DNA of 64,000 nucleotides from a virus: IMG/VR virus record IMGVR_UViG_3300037502_003770, positions 53,643 to 117,642 of that record; one strand, 5' to 3'. Shown piece by piece: positions 47,957 to 57,553 of this stretch (position 1 is its first letter; each line of letters starts with the position of its first letter). The notes under the pieces were generated by a model. It saw only the letters and a program-made list of their open reading frames with translations, ran no database searches and was not told where the DNA came from. The position numbers and the translations under genes were made by a program.

Positions 47957-48349
47957 ATGGAAAACGCTTTAAACGCTATAATTCTTGATAAACTATTAGC
48001 GAAAACAGCAAACAATGTTAGTATTAATAATAGTGTTGAAACTTTTCTTTTTAAAAGAAAGGAGTTTTTAAATAAATATCCATTAGACTGGAAAATATCT
48101 AATACAAAAGAAGAAATCGTAATGGTATCTACCTGTCCTTTTAGTAATAAAATTTTTAAAATTGAAGGTTATCGACATAAACTCGAATACATATTAAAAT
48201 TATTTTTAAACGGTCAAGAAATACATAAAGATAGTAAATATATTGAATTTAAAAACACTCGTGATAAAATAGATTTACTAAATGAATTTAATGAACAATA
48301 TGAAAAAAGTAAAACTGATATACTTTCTTTAGCCGAATCTTTAAGATAA
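47957..48349 (+). CDS. hypothetical protein
   Basis: 130-aa ORF. Confidence 0.45.
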   Translation: MENALNAIILDKLLAKTANNVSINNSVETFLFKRKEFLNKYPLDWKISNTKEEIVMVSTCPFSNKIFKIEGYRHKLEYILKLFLNGQEIHKDSKYIEFKNTRDKIDLLNEFNEQYEKSKTDILSLAESLR

Positions 48350-48362
48350 AAAATAACCTTTT

Positions 48363-48887
48363 ATGCAAATAGAAATTTTTCTTGATTATGGTTTTTATTT
48401 GGAAAAAAATTATTCTTTTCCCAAACTTAAAAAACTTTTAATTAATATAATCAATCTAAGAGATAATGAAGAAAATTTTAAATCATTAAAAGAACCTGTA
48501 GATTATTTTCTTTGTAATAGCAATTTTCAAAGAGTTGAAAGAAATTATGATGGTGAACCAATATTTACACATGTCGTTAGATATGAGTATTTACTTAGAA
48601 ATTATGATTTTCAAAAGACAAAATTTTATATACCATTTGTTTCTAAATTACTTGAAAAACAAAGTTATTTAATTGAATATATACCAACTCATTTAATAAG
48701 TTTTCCTTTTCAAGAAAAAGCTATTTCAGTAGACCCTTTTTTAATAAGATTAATTAAAACTAATAATGAAAACTATTATTCTTTAGTAAAAACCGCTTAT
48801 TTAAAAGATAAAAATATTATTAGGTTATTACAGATTCCAAAAGAATATAAAGAACAATTAAAAAAAGATTTTCCTAATGAAAATTAA
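48363..48887 (+). CDS. FamA-long protein
   Basis: MQIEIFLDYGFYLEKN; C-terminal DUF4116-like IEYIPTHL...YYSLVKTAYLKDKNII. Confidence 0.55.
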   Translation: MQIEIFLDYGFYLEKNYSFPKLKKLLINIINLRDNEENFKSLKEPVDYFLCNSNFQRVERNYDGEPIFTHVVRYEYLLRNYDFQKTKFYIPFVSKLLEKQSYLIEYIPTHLISFPFQEKAISVDPFLIRLIKTNNENYYSLVKTAYLKDKNIIRLLQIPKEYKEQLKKDFPNEN

Positions 48888-48934
48888 CTCTTTAAAAAAG
48901 AATCTATAATATAAAAAAAAAATAAGTTAATTCT

Positions 48935-49792
48935 ATGATGCCTTTAGAAGAAAGAAAAGCTGCTTTAGAAAAGTGGAAAGCACATTTAGATACTTTATCT
49001 ACTGAAGAAGTTGATAATTTAATGAAACCAATTTTTGATAGAGTAGAAGAATTAAAAATGCTTGATTTTATTTTTAAAATAGCTACTTTCTTAAATGAAA
49101 ATAAATTTCTTTGTTTAAAATTTGAAATTATTGATGGTAAAATTGATAATCATTTAAATTTTAATGATAGTGAGTATATCGTTCAATATCATGATAATTA
49201 TTTATTAGGTGACGATAATATTGAAATTCATGATAATATACTTTCAAAAGAAAGGGAAATATTATTAAGACAATTTTCTCTTGAATTATTTATGTCTTTT
49301 AAAGATGAAATCAAATTATTATCGCAAAATAGTAAACATTGTATTGTCTATGTTACTGATGATATTGACTACTTAAATTATTATGTTTATAAATCTGAAA
49401 CAAAAGAATCTTTTATTGAAAAAGTTGTTTCTTTTTTAAATAAATATGATTTAAAACAAATTCAGTTTGATTTATTAGTTTATTCACCATATAGAGAATA
49501 TAAAAATATTTTCTTTACAAGAAATGATGGTTATATTTTTAAAGATGATTTTTCAATGCCGAAAGAATTAAAAGAAAATGAAGACTTTATTGAATTTTTA
49601 GAATACTTTTGTTCAGATATAACTCATGAGTTTATAAATGGTATTTTTAACATGAATTTACTCGTAACAATTGATAATCAAGGTAATATAAGTGAAAGTG
49701 ATTTACCAGATAATTATGAGTTAGAACCTTTAAAAAGAGCTTATAAATTTGATAATAAATATTTTTTTAATGAGAATAGAAATTCTAACTGA
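48935..49792 (+). CDS. hypothetical protein
   Basis: 285-aa ORF. Confidence 0.45.
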   Translation: MMPLEERKAALEKWKAHLDTLSTEEVDNLMKPIFDRVEELKMLDFIFKIATFLNENKFLCLKFEIIDGKIDNHLNFNDSEYIVQYHDNYLLGDDNIEIHDNILSKEREILLRQFSLELFMSFKDEIKLLSQNSKHCIVYVTDDIDYLNYYVYKSETKESFIEKVVSFLNKYDLKQIQFDLLVYSPYREYKNIFFTRNDGYIFKDDFSMPKELKENEDFIEFLEYFCSDITHEFINGIFNMNLLVTIDNQGNISESDLPDNYELEPLKRAYKFDNKYFFNENRNSN

Positions 49793-50252
49793 TTATTTTG
49801 TTTATTTGGAATCACAAAAACCAATATTTAATTTTGGTTTTGGAACAGAAATTTATATCGACACTTTTTATTGTAATCAATATACCTACAAATTTAAGTT
49901 TAATAAAAATATTGATTATTATAGTATAGCAATGCACTTATTAAAATATAGTGTCTATCAAAATAAAAAGTTTTATAATATGTTATGTTTATCATGTATT
50001 ATGTCTAATAGATTTAATGCTTTATCATATGTACCTAAACCTTTAAGAAGTTATGAATTATGTTTAGAATCCATTAAAATGAATCCTTTTACTATTGAAT
50101 TTGTACCAATTATAACAAAAAATTATTATTCTTTAGTAAAGTACGCTTTTGAAGGGATGAAAAAATATGTAGATAATCCGTTATTTAGATTAAAACAATA
50201 TGGGGTACCAGATGAGTATGTTCATAAAATAAAAATAGATTTTTTATTATGA
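49770..50252 (+). CDS. FamA-long protein
   Basis: ORF track 49749..50252; motif MRIEILTDYFVYLESQ from ATG 49770; C-terminal YVPKPLRSYELCLESIKMNPFTIEFVP. Confidence 0.5.
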   Translation: MRIEILTDYFVYLESQKPIFNFGFGTEIYIDTFYCNQYTYKFKFNKNIDYYSIAMHLLKYSVYQNKKFYNMLCLSCIMSNRFNALSYVPKPLRSYELCLESIKMNPFTIEFVPIITKNYYSLVKYAFEGMKKYVDNPLFRLKQYGVPDEYVHKIKIDFLL

Positions 50253-50815
50253 GAATAGGTATTTATAACAATGAATTCATTTATTTTGAAAGTTCTCAAT
50301 ATCATATATTTGAATCTTTTCTTTTTAATAGAAATAATAACAATTTATTAAATATTGATAGTGAAGCAATTTTATATTACTTTAAAATCTTTAGTGAATA
50401 TGAAGATTTTTATTTAACAGATTTATATTATTTTTTTACAAAAAAAGTCTTTTCTTTAAAATTTGATATGTATTTTGAAGATTTTAAAGTTGGATTTTTA
50501 TTTGATTATGTAAATAAAAATATTTTAAATAAAGAATTATTGTCAGTTTTAATAAATAATTACCCAAAACTAGTTTTTAAAATAAAATATAATCAAGTTT
50601 ATAGTTATTATTCTTTATTGAAAGAAGCTTTTATTAAAGATAATACTATTATAAAACATTATAGATTTAAAAATTTACCAAAAAAATATAAAATTCGTTT
50701 ATATAAAGAATTTAAAAATATTTTAGATAATAAAGAATTTAAAGATTTTTTATATGATAGATATTGGTTTAATATAAAGACAACATACAATTTTAAACAA
50801 ATCATTCTAACATAA
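50249..50815 (+). CDS. FamA-long protein
   Basis: MRIGIYNNEFIYFESS; ATGA overlap. Confidence 0.55.
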   Translation: MRIGIYNNEFIYFESSQYHIFESFLFNRNNNNLLNIDSEAILYYFKIFSEYEDFYLTDLYYFFTKKVFSLKFDMYFEDFKVGFLFDYVNKNILNKELLSVLINNYPKLVFKIKYNQVYSYYSLLKEAFIKDNTIIKHYRFKNLPKKYKIRLYKEFKNILDNKEFKDFLYDRYWFNIKTTYNFKQIILT

Positions 50816-51030
50816 AACAACTTTATTCATATATAGATAAAGAACTTGAAAATATAGAGTTTTTATAAAACCTTAAAAAATAATGAAAACAATTAAAGAA
50901 TTAGAACAGGAAAGAGAAAAAATGCTAAATGAAAAAAATAGTTTCATTTTTTGTCTCACTTTGTAAAAAAATACCAAATACGCAAAGAATCACCTTACAA
51001 AGAGATATTCTTAAACCAAATGATAAAAAA

Positions 51031-51198
51031 TGATTGATACTATCACAGAAAAACTCTTTACTCAATTAAGTAAAGAAGATAAAATAAACTTTATATCAGA
51101 AAAAAATAAGTTTATTCAAAATTGTGGTCTTATCGGAAAAAGACATTATTTTGAATATATTAAAAATCTTTATAATAAATATAAAGTATTAATCTAAT
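51031..51198 (+). CDS. possible small protein (55 aa), not in the ORF track
   Basis: MIDTITEKLFTQLSKEDKINF... Confidence 0.3.
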
Positions 51199-51381
51199 AT
51201 GAACAATACACCACTAACTGATGCTTTAAAAAAACATAGGAAAGAAATAGGTGAAGAAGCTTTTACTAAAGAAATAAATTCTTTCTTTGGAAATAAAGAA
51301 ACTTCACAAGAACAAATGAAAGTATCTGAACTGATAGATAGTTTTAAGAATCAACCTAATGAACACATCTCAACTAATTAA
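51199..51381 (+). CDS. small hypothetical protein
   Basis: 60-aa ORF. Confidence 0.35.
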   Translation: MNNTPLTDALKKHRKEIGEEAFTKEINSFFGNKETSQEQMKVSELIDSFKNQPNEHISTN

Positions 51382-51389
51382 ATAAGTTT

Positions 51390-51587
51390 ATGGAAAGTTT
51401 AGAAGATTACAGGAGAAGATTAACTCCAGAACAACAATTAAGTTTTGATTTACAAAGAAGTGCTTTTATGCAAGGTCATAGAGTTTCTGTTGAACGCAAA
51501 AAGCAAAAAATGATGAGAAACATGTTAGAGTATATTAATTCTAATCAAGATATCATTTTACCTTTCGATAAAAACAATAAAAAATAA
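51390..51587 (+). CDS. small hypothetical protein
   Basis: 65-aa ORF. Confidence 0.35.
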   Translation: MESLEDYRRRLTPEQQLSFDLQRSAFMQGHRVSVERKKQKMMRNMLEYINSNQDIILPFDKNNKK

Positions 51588-51594
51588 TTTTTTA

Positions 51595-51768
51595 TGAAAC
51601 AAGAATCCGTTCAAGAAATATTATTATTTCTTTTAGTAATATTTGTTTTTCTTGTGTTTCTTTTCTGTAAGTTATTTATGGCAACAGAAATACAAAACTG
51701 GTCTTGGTGGGGTGTAACTTCTCCATTATGGATTTACTTTCTTATTAAAGGTATAAGCATTGACTAAT
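51595..51768 (+). CDS. possible small 2-TM membrane protein (57 aa), not in the ORF track
   Basis: MKQESVQEILLFLLVIFVFLVFLFCKLF...; TAATG overlap with the next gene. Confidence 0.3.
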
Positions 51769-52033
51769 GAAAACAATAGAACAGTTATTTCAAGAAAGAA
51801 TAAATTCTTTTATTGAAAATAAGGTTTTAAGAAGATATGAAATTCAAGCGATAAAAAATGAGTATTTTTCTATTTATTTACCTATTTTACCAAAATTCAA
51901 TATTATTAAAACGTATTTTCTACCCTTTAGAATATCAAATTATAATATTCGTTGCGTAAGTGAAGAATATCATGAATTTAATATAGATATTCCTTTCAGA
52001 AATAAGATTTATAAAATAAAATTACCAAGTTAA
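51767..52033 (+). CDS. FamC protein (YFLPF(K/R)I family)
   Basis: MKTIEQLFQERINSFIENKVL...YFLPFRISNY. Confidence 0.5.
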   Translation: MKTIEQLFQERINSFIENKVLRRYEIQAIKNEYFSIYLPILPKFNIIKTYFLPFRISNYNIRCVSEEYHEFNIDIPFRNKIYKIKLPS

Positions 52034-52047
52034 CAAAAAAAGAAATT

Positions 52048-52371
52048 ATGTCAAACAAAATAAGACAATATACTTCAGAAGAAGTTCAATATATGATGAA
52101 CCCTTTTGTTGAATTTATAATAAAAGGTAATTTGTTATATATGATAACTAAACAGTTAGATTATAGTAGTATTTATATATATGAGGCACGTGACCAAGAT
52201 ATTTTAGATGAAATAAAAGATGATATAACAAATGATATTGACTATTTAGTATCTTATATTCCTGATATAGTTGGTACACATTTAAATGAATTAAATTGTG
52301 AATTAATCTTTAACAAAGATAGTCTAACTGGAGACCCATTTACTGAATTAAAAAACAAATATTCACTTTAA
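52048..52371 (+). CDS. hypothetical protein (unrelated insert in the FamC array)
   Basis: 107-aa ORF. Confidence 0.4.
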   Translation: MSNKIRQYTSEEVQYMMNPFVEFIIKGNLLYMITKQLDYSSIYIYEARDQDILDEIKDDITNDIDYLVSYIPDIVGTHLNELNCELIFNKDSLTGDPFTELKNKYSL

Positions 52372-52374
52372 AAT

Positions 52375-52650
52375 ATGTCTCTTCCCAAAGAAATAATTCT
52401 TTCTAAAATAAAAAGTTCTTTTTTAAAAGCACGTAATAATGGTGCTTTTATATTTTATTATACAGCTTTACTTGGTTACAGACTAGAGTTTTATTCTAAA
52501 AAAGATATTCAATATTATTTTCTACCTTTTAAAATAACCTTTCATCATTCATTTTATAATGATGATAATGAGGTAACAATTTATTTTAAAGGTGTGGAAT
52601 ACACATTTAATGTTATTACAAAAAAATTAACTATATATGAAAAAAAATAA
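52375..52650 (+). CDS. FamC protein
   Basis: YYFLPFKITFHH. Confidence 0.5.
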   Translation: MSLPKEIILSKIKSSFLKARNNGAFIFYYTALLGYRLEFYSKKDIQYYFLPFKITFHHSFYNDDNEVTIYFKGVEYTFNVITKKLTIYEKK

Positions 52651-52888
52651 TTCTTTTCTTGAAGAAAAGTTTTTGTTAAGATTTACAAATTATATTAATG
52701 AAATTGAAACTGATGGTTTAAATATAATAGAAGAAATAGAATATAATTCTTTTAGATATTTTTTACCATTTAAAATACAATCTGAAGTTGTTTGCTTATT
52801 TGGTAATTTTTATTTTGATATTACATTTTCAAATAAGACATATAGATACGATTTTCAAACAAGAGAAATAGAAGTTTTTGATGAATAA
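52637..52888 (+). CDS. FamC protein
   Basis: RYFLPFKIQSE. Confidence 0.5.
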   Translation: MKKNNSFLEEKFLLRFTNYINEIETDGLNIIEEIEYNSFRYFLPFKIQSEVVCLFGNFYFDITFSNKTYRYDFQTREIEVFDE

Positions 52889-53171
52889 AACTAAAACAAT
52901 AATTATTTCTAAAAAAATAAGTTATTCTTTCTTTAAAGAAAGACTGAATAAATTGGTGAATATTGATAAAAAATTTACTTCAGATGATTTTATTTATTAT
53001 ACTAATAAAATTTATGGTATTCAACGTCATCATATCAATATAATAAAATATTATTTATTACCGTTTAATATATATATTTCTACTATATCAGAAGAAAATC
53101 GATTAATAGTATTTTCTTTTAGAGGTATCAAGTATACATATAATATGGAAACAAATCACCTTAAAAAATAA
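52878..53171 (+). CDS. FamC protein
   Basis: YYLLPFNIYIS; the first ~115 nt from ATG 52881 are near-identical to the start of 53200. Confidence 0.5.
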   Translation: MMNKTKTIIISKKISYSFFKERLNKLVNIDKKFTSDDFIYYTNKIYGIQRHHINIIKYYLLPFNIYISTISEENRLIVFSFRGIKYTYNMETNHLKK

Positions 53172-53199
53172 ACATATGGTTTATACATTAGATATTTAG

Positions 53200-53520
53200 A
53201 TGATGAATAAAACTAAAACAATTATTATTTCTAAAAAAATAACTTATTCTTTCTTTAAGGAAAGACTGAATAAATTGGTGAATATTGATAAAAAATTTAC
53301 TTTAGATGATTTAGTTTGGTTAAGTTCAAGAACAGGTGGTCATACTATCCATTCTATTCCATATCGACATATTAAAATGATAGAATATTATTTATTACCA
53401 TTTAAAATATATTTATTATATATATCTGAAAATTATTTAATACAATTTTATTTTAGAGGTGTTAAATATACTTATAATATGAAAACAAATCATCTTAAAA
53501 GAAATCCTTATGTTTTATAA
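53200..53520 (+). CDS. FamC protein
   Basis: YYLLPFKIYLLY. Confidence 0.5.
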   Translation: MMNKTKTIIISKKITYSFFKERLNKLVNIDKKFTLDDLVWLSSRTGGHTIHSIPYRHIKMIEYYLLPFKIYLLYISENYLIQFYFRGVKYTYNMKTNHLKRNPYVL

Positions 53521-53800
53521 AAAATATTCTTTTGAAAAAGAAATCTTACTTAAATTTAATAAATTAATTGATGAATTAAAATTTACTGGTGAGATAAATC
53601 ATGTTTTTGGGTTTGATAATTTTCATTATGTTTATTATTTAAAAGATGAAGTAGTAAAAAAATTAAGAAAAGAATTATTACCATTTAAAATAAAAATTCC
53701 ATTAGGTTTTAGATATACAGATTCAATATATTTTCATTTTAGAAAGAAAATATATAAATATAATATTAAAGAAAATATTTTTAATACTTTAGATATTTAA
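53510..53800 (+). CDS. FamC protein
   Basis: ELLPFKIKIPL. Confidence 0.45.
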   Translation: MFYKKYSFEKEILLKFNKLIDELKFTGEINHVFGFDNFHYVYYLKDEVVKKLRKELLPFKIKIPLGFRYTDSIYFHFRKKIYKYNIKENIFNTLDI

Positions 53801-53803
53801 ATA

Positions 53804-54052
53804 ATGAATAAAACGATAGAACAACTTTTTCAAAAGAAAGTAGATTCTTTTAAAGAAAAAAATGTTTTAGAAAGTACGGATGATTGGTGTAAAGAAAATC
53901 TTATTCATTTAATAATTTTACTTGATATTAAAAAAATTAAAAATTATTTTCTACCTTTTAAAATTGAAGTACTAGACTTTACAGCATATACTGACCAAGT
54001 TATAATTATTTTTAATAATAAAAGATATACTATTAAAATAAATGATGAATAA
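53804..54052 (+). CDS. FamC protein
   Basis: MNKTIEQLFQKKVDSF...NYFLPFKIEVL. Confidence 0.5.
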   Translation: MNKTIEQLFQKKVDSFKEKNVLESTDDWCKENLIHLIILLDIKKIKNYFLPFKIEVLDFTAYTDQVIIIFNNKRYTIKINDE

Positions 54053-54305
54053 AATAGAACAACTCTTTCAGAATAAAGTAGATTCTTTTAATAAACTTTC
54101 ATTTTCTGAAAGAAGTAGTTACTTTAATAAATATTCTTTTTTTGGTGGTTATAAACGTGATTATATTATAGCTGTTAATACAGTAAATAAATTACAAAGA
54201 TATTTCTTACCTTTTAAAGTAAATATAATTACAAAATATAGGTCAAGATGTAACATTATATTATATTTTAATAATAAAGAATATAAATTAAAAACACCTA
54301 AATAA
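54042..54305 (+). CDS. FamC protein
   Basis: MMNKIEQLFQNKVDSF...RYFLPFKVNII. Confidence 0.5.
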   Translation: MMNKIEQLFQNKVDSFNKLSFSERSSYFNKYSFFGGYKRDYIIAVNTVNKLQRYFLPFKVNIITKYRSRCNIILYFNNKEYKLKTPK

Positions 54306-54577
54306 TGAATAAAACAATAGAACAGTTATTTGAAGAAAGATTTTATTATTTTATTGAAAATAAAATACTCACAAATCAAGATATAAATATTTGTTTACCA
54401 GATAAAGAATATTACTTTTGTTTACCTTGCATATCTAAAATTCATATAATTGAAGAATATTTCATACCTTTCAGAACAACATATTTAATTAACTGTTTAG
54501 ATAGAGAAAAGCATCTTTTTCGGTTAATGATTTATTTTAGAGGTACGCTTTATAGTGGAAATCTTCTTTCAGAATAA
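54305..54577 (+). CDS. FamC protein
   Basis: MNKTIEQLFEERFYYF...EYFIPFRTTYL. Confidence 0.5.
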   Translation: MNKTIEQLFEERFYYFIENKILTNQDINICLPDKEYYFCLPCISKIHIIEEYFIPFRTTYLINCLDREKHLFRLMIYFRGTLYSGNLLSE

Positions 54578-54649
54578 ACATATCTTTTTTAACAGAAAGA
54601 ATTCTTTTTTGTAATATAAATCAAACTAAACAAAAAAATTAAATTCCTT
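54570..54649 (+). promoter_or_regulatory. TPC cassette (degenerate hairpin, leader type 1)
   Basis: tcttttttaacagaaagaattcttttttgtaatataaatcaaactaaacaaaaaaa. Confidence 0.45.
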
Positions 54650-54985
54650 ATGTTATTGATAACAGTTTTGCTTTTATTTGTAATAAGTTTCATTATCACT
54701 AAAAAGTTTAAATATAAAAAGGAATCATTAATATTTACAGTACTAACTGAGAATGAAGAATTATCACTAATTAATAATATTGTAAATAATTTAACACCTG
54801 AAGAATGTAGAAATGAAGATGTATTTCATTATACTGTTCGTGGAAAACTTTTTAAGAGTAGAGGTGGTGCGATAAAATACTTTCAAAGTAGTTGTATCAC
54901 ATCTGATAAACTGTCAAGTATATTAAAAAATTTATACGAATCACCAAAAATTCAACAAAGAGCTAAATACTCTTTATATAAATAA
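54650..54985 (+). CDS. N-terminally anchored small protein
   Basis: MLLITVLLLFVISFIITKK TM segment. Confidence 0.4.
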   Translation: MLLITVLLLFVISFIITKKFKYKKESLIFTVLTENEELSLINNIVNNLTPEECRNEDVFHYTVRGKLFKSRGGAIKYFQSSCITSDKLSSILKNLYESPKIQQRAKYSLYK

Positions 54986-54992
54986 ATACATT

Positions 54993-55070
54993 TTAAAAAG
55001 ACTTCTTTTTTAACAGAAAGAAGTCTTTTTTTGTAATATAAATCAAACTAAACAAAAAAATAAATTCCTT
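54993..55070 (+). promoter_or_regulatory. TPC cassette (intact hairpin, leader type 1)
   Basis: aagacttcttt-tttaacag-aaagaagtctt followed by tttttgtaatataaatcaaactaaacaaaaaaa. Confidence 0.6.
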
Positions 55071-55817
55071 ATGAAAGAAAATCCATTCCTTTTAACATTT
55101 TCATCAGATAAATTAAATTCTGATTTTAAGACAATCTTATTTAAAAGTTATAAACTTTTGAGTGTTTGTTTTATCTTTTTAGGTTTAACAATCTTTGGTT
55201 TAAATACTTTAGTACCAGAGTTAGTGCTTAGTATGTCAAATAATCTATTTGTTATTTTAGGTTTATTCATACTTCAATTACTACTTATTAAATTTATATC
55301 TTACAAACGTAATGATATTGGTGGTGAAGGTATTCTAATAAAAAACCATATTAGTAATAAATATAAACTTTTATCATTAGGTTTATTTTGTTTAATAGAT
55401 GCTTTCTTATTTGCACCTATTATATTAAAAACTTCTGCTGCTGTTTTAATTAGCACACTAGTTTATACAATATTAACTGTAGTTATTGTAAATGTTTACG
55501 CTATATTTACAAAAAAAGATACTAGAAATTGGGTATATTTTATACTACCAGTACTATTATTGATAATTGTTTCTATGCTTATTAATATTTTCTTTATAGA
55601 ATCAACTATTTTTGGTATTTTAATTAATGTAGGTATTATCATTGTAATGAGTTTATCTTCAGTAAATACTATTAATATGATAAAACATGATTTGGAAGAT
55701 GGTTATCTCTCAGTTGAAAAACCTAATGGTTATCATATTGATGTTACATTATCATTGTTTCTTGAAATTATTAATATATTTTTGAGTTATTTAAGTATAA
55801 ATGAATCAAAAAAATAA
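55071..55817 (+). CDS. polytopic membrane protein
   Basis: 248 aa with about 6-7 hydrophobic helices. Confidence 0.5.
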   Translation: MKENPFLLTFSSDKLNSDFKTILFKSYKLLSVCFIFLGLTIFGLNTLVPELVLSMSNNLFVILGLFILQLLLIKFISYKRNDIGGEGILIKNHISNKYKLLSLGLFCLIDAFLFAPIILKTSAAVLISTLVYTILTVVIVNVYAIFTKKDTRNWVYFILPVLLLIIVSMLINIFFIESTIFGILINVGIIIVMSLSSVNTINMIKHDLEDGYLSVEKPNGYHIDVTLSLFLEIINIFLSYLSINESKK

Positions 55818-55825
55818 TAAAATCA

Positions 55826-55907
55826 TTTCCTTTCAAAAAGACTTCTTTTTTAACAGAAAGAAGTCTTTTTTGTAATATAGATAATTCTAAATAAACAAAA
55901 ACACTTT
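55826..55907 (+). promoter_or_regulatory. TPC cassette (intact hairpin, leader type 2)
   Basis: tcctttcaaaaagacttcttttttaacagaaagaagtcttttttgtaatatagataat. Confidence 0.6.
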
Positions 55908-56519
55908 ATGAAAAAACTCTTATCATTAATATTATTTTCTATACTAAGTATTTCTTTTTATTCTTGCGATGACAAAGAAGATATTAAACCTCTTGTAGAA
56001 GATAAATTATTAAAAGTTTCTAATATTATTACTCTAAAACGTACCGCACCAGTTGGTCAATTTTTCAGTACTTTGAATTTTGGTGTGTATGATTATGAAA
56101 CAACAAAAAAATATAACTGGGATTATGGTTTAATTTCTAATATTATTGATTTTGGCTATTTTTATAGTTCATCATCATACCACTGTTTAGCTTCACCATC
56201 ATCCTCTATATATTATAATTATATTAAAAATAAGCGAGAAACGATTTTTAAATATACAATACAATCAACCGATAATTTATCATATTTTAATAATATAAAT
56301 AAAAATAGTCAGCTTGATAGTAGTTTTATTAATCCACCTATAATTCTTAATGGTTTTATTGATTATTCAGGTGAAGTTATTAGAAATTTAAAAAGTGGGC
56401 AAATAATTTTATTGGAAACTTCTAATAATAAAAAATCTATAATATATATTGATTCTGTTAATCATACTAACAATAGCGATAATACTTTTATTAAATTTAA
56501 AATAAAAACACAAGAATAG
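55908..56519 (+). CDS. lipoprotein
   Basis: MKKLLSLILFSILSISFYSCDD lipobox. Confidence 0.55.
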   Translation: MKKLLSLILFSILSISFYSCDDKEDIKPLVEDKLLKVSNIITLKRTAPVGQFFSTLNFGVYDYETTKKYNWDYGLISNIIDFGYFYSSSSYHCLASPSSSIYYNYIKNKRETIFKYTIQSTDNLSYFNNINKNSQLDSSFINPPIILNGFIDYSGEVIRNLKSGQIILLETSNNKKSIIYIDSVNHTNNSDNTFIKFKIKTQE

Positions 56520-56663
56520 TTTTAAAACCGAACTTGTATATATAATAAATAAAGATTATGAAAAATAAAAGTCCTCCTTTCTAAAGAAAGATAATAAATT
56601 ATAAGAATAGGTTTTCTTATAATAAAAAATAATTTAATATAAATAAACAAAAAATAAATTTAA

Positions 56664-56942
56664 ATGGAATATCATATTAAAAGAAAAAATAAAAATAATA
56701 CAAAAACAAGTGCATTAACTGATATGTACGAAGTTTATTTAATGGAGAATATTTACCCTGAAAAGATACTATATCAATCAACAAAAGAAATTATTGAAAA
56801 TTTGAAATCAGGTCATAAATATTATGTACCTAAAAATAAATTAGATAGAATTGAAGTAATTCATGCTAATGGTGAACATATCAAAACTAAAGCCGACACA
56901 GAAACAATAAATAATTTATACAATTTAGAAAATTATAATTAA
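56664..56942 (+). CDS. small protein, possibly DUF3892-like
   Basis: 92 aa; paralog of the next gene; conserved ...T(K/T)xIIENxxxGxxYY(V/I)...; the family assignment is from memory and is weak. Confidence 0.35.
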   Translation: MEYHIKRKNKNNTKTSALTDMYEVYLMENIYPEKILYQSTKEIIENLKSGHKYYVPKNKLDRIEVIHANGEHIKTKADTETINNLYNLENYN

Positions 56943-56943
56943 A

Positions 56944-57225
56944 ATGAATCAATATAAAATAACACATCGAGATAAAAATAATCCAAACACAAACCCTTTA
57001 GATGATAAATATAAAGTAGAATATAAAAATCCCTTTAAAAATCCAACAATTATTACAACAAAACAAATTATTGAAAATATTGAAAAAGGTGATGAATATT
57101 ATATTGTTATTGATAATAACAAAACAATTGTAAAAGTTGTAAAGAAAACAACAGGTGAAAAATATATTACTACAATGTCTGATGACACTATAGATAATAA
57201 CTTATTAAATTTACCTCCATATTAA
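56944..57225 (+). CDS. small protein, paralog of 56664 (possibly DUF3892-like)
   Basis: 93 aa; 1-nt intergenic gap; ends NNLLNLPPY. Confidence 0.35.
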   Translation: MNQYKITHRDKNNPNTNPLDDKYKVEYKNPFKNPTIITTKQIIENIEKGDEYYIVIDNNKTIVKVVKKTTGEKYITTMSDDTIDNNLLNLPPY

Positions 57226-57226
57226 A

Positions 57227-57550
57227 ATGCAAAAATTAGTTGATACAAAAAAACTTGTTAATGTAAGAATTTTAAGTAAATCTAATTTAAATGATGGTTT
57301 TTATTTTGGTACTGCTCATCATATTACAGATGGAACTATTGGTGATATTATTATAACTTATGAGGAAATAGTTTATTTAGTGAGAAATTCTTATCCGATT
57401 TATATAAATTCCACAAATGAACGTTTAAAATATCAAAATTTTAACTTGTATTCATATGATATTACAACATCAAGTCAAACAAATAGTTTTGAAAATTTAA
57501 GGTACGCATCTTATTATGAGGAATTATATATTAATGAATTTTTAAAATAA
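57227..57550 (+). CDS. hypothetical protein
   Basis: 107-aa ORF, tightly packed. Confidence 0.4.
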   Translation: MQKLVDTKKLVNVRILSKSNLNDGFYFGTAHHITDGTIGDIIITYEEIVYLVRNSYPIYINSTNERLKYQNFNLYSYDITTSSQTNSFENLRYASYYEELYINEFLK

Positions 57551-57553
57551 TTA

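Noticed and set aside
56520-56663. Hairpin ttataagaa-taggtt-ttcttataa as a terminator
   Set aside because: It is followed by an A-run rather than a T-run on the + strand, and nothing on the minus strand needs terminating there. Probably incidental AT-rich dyad symmetry.
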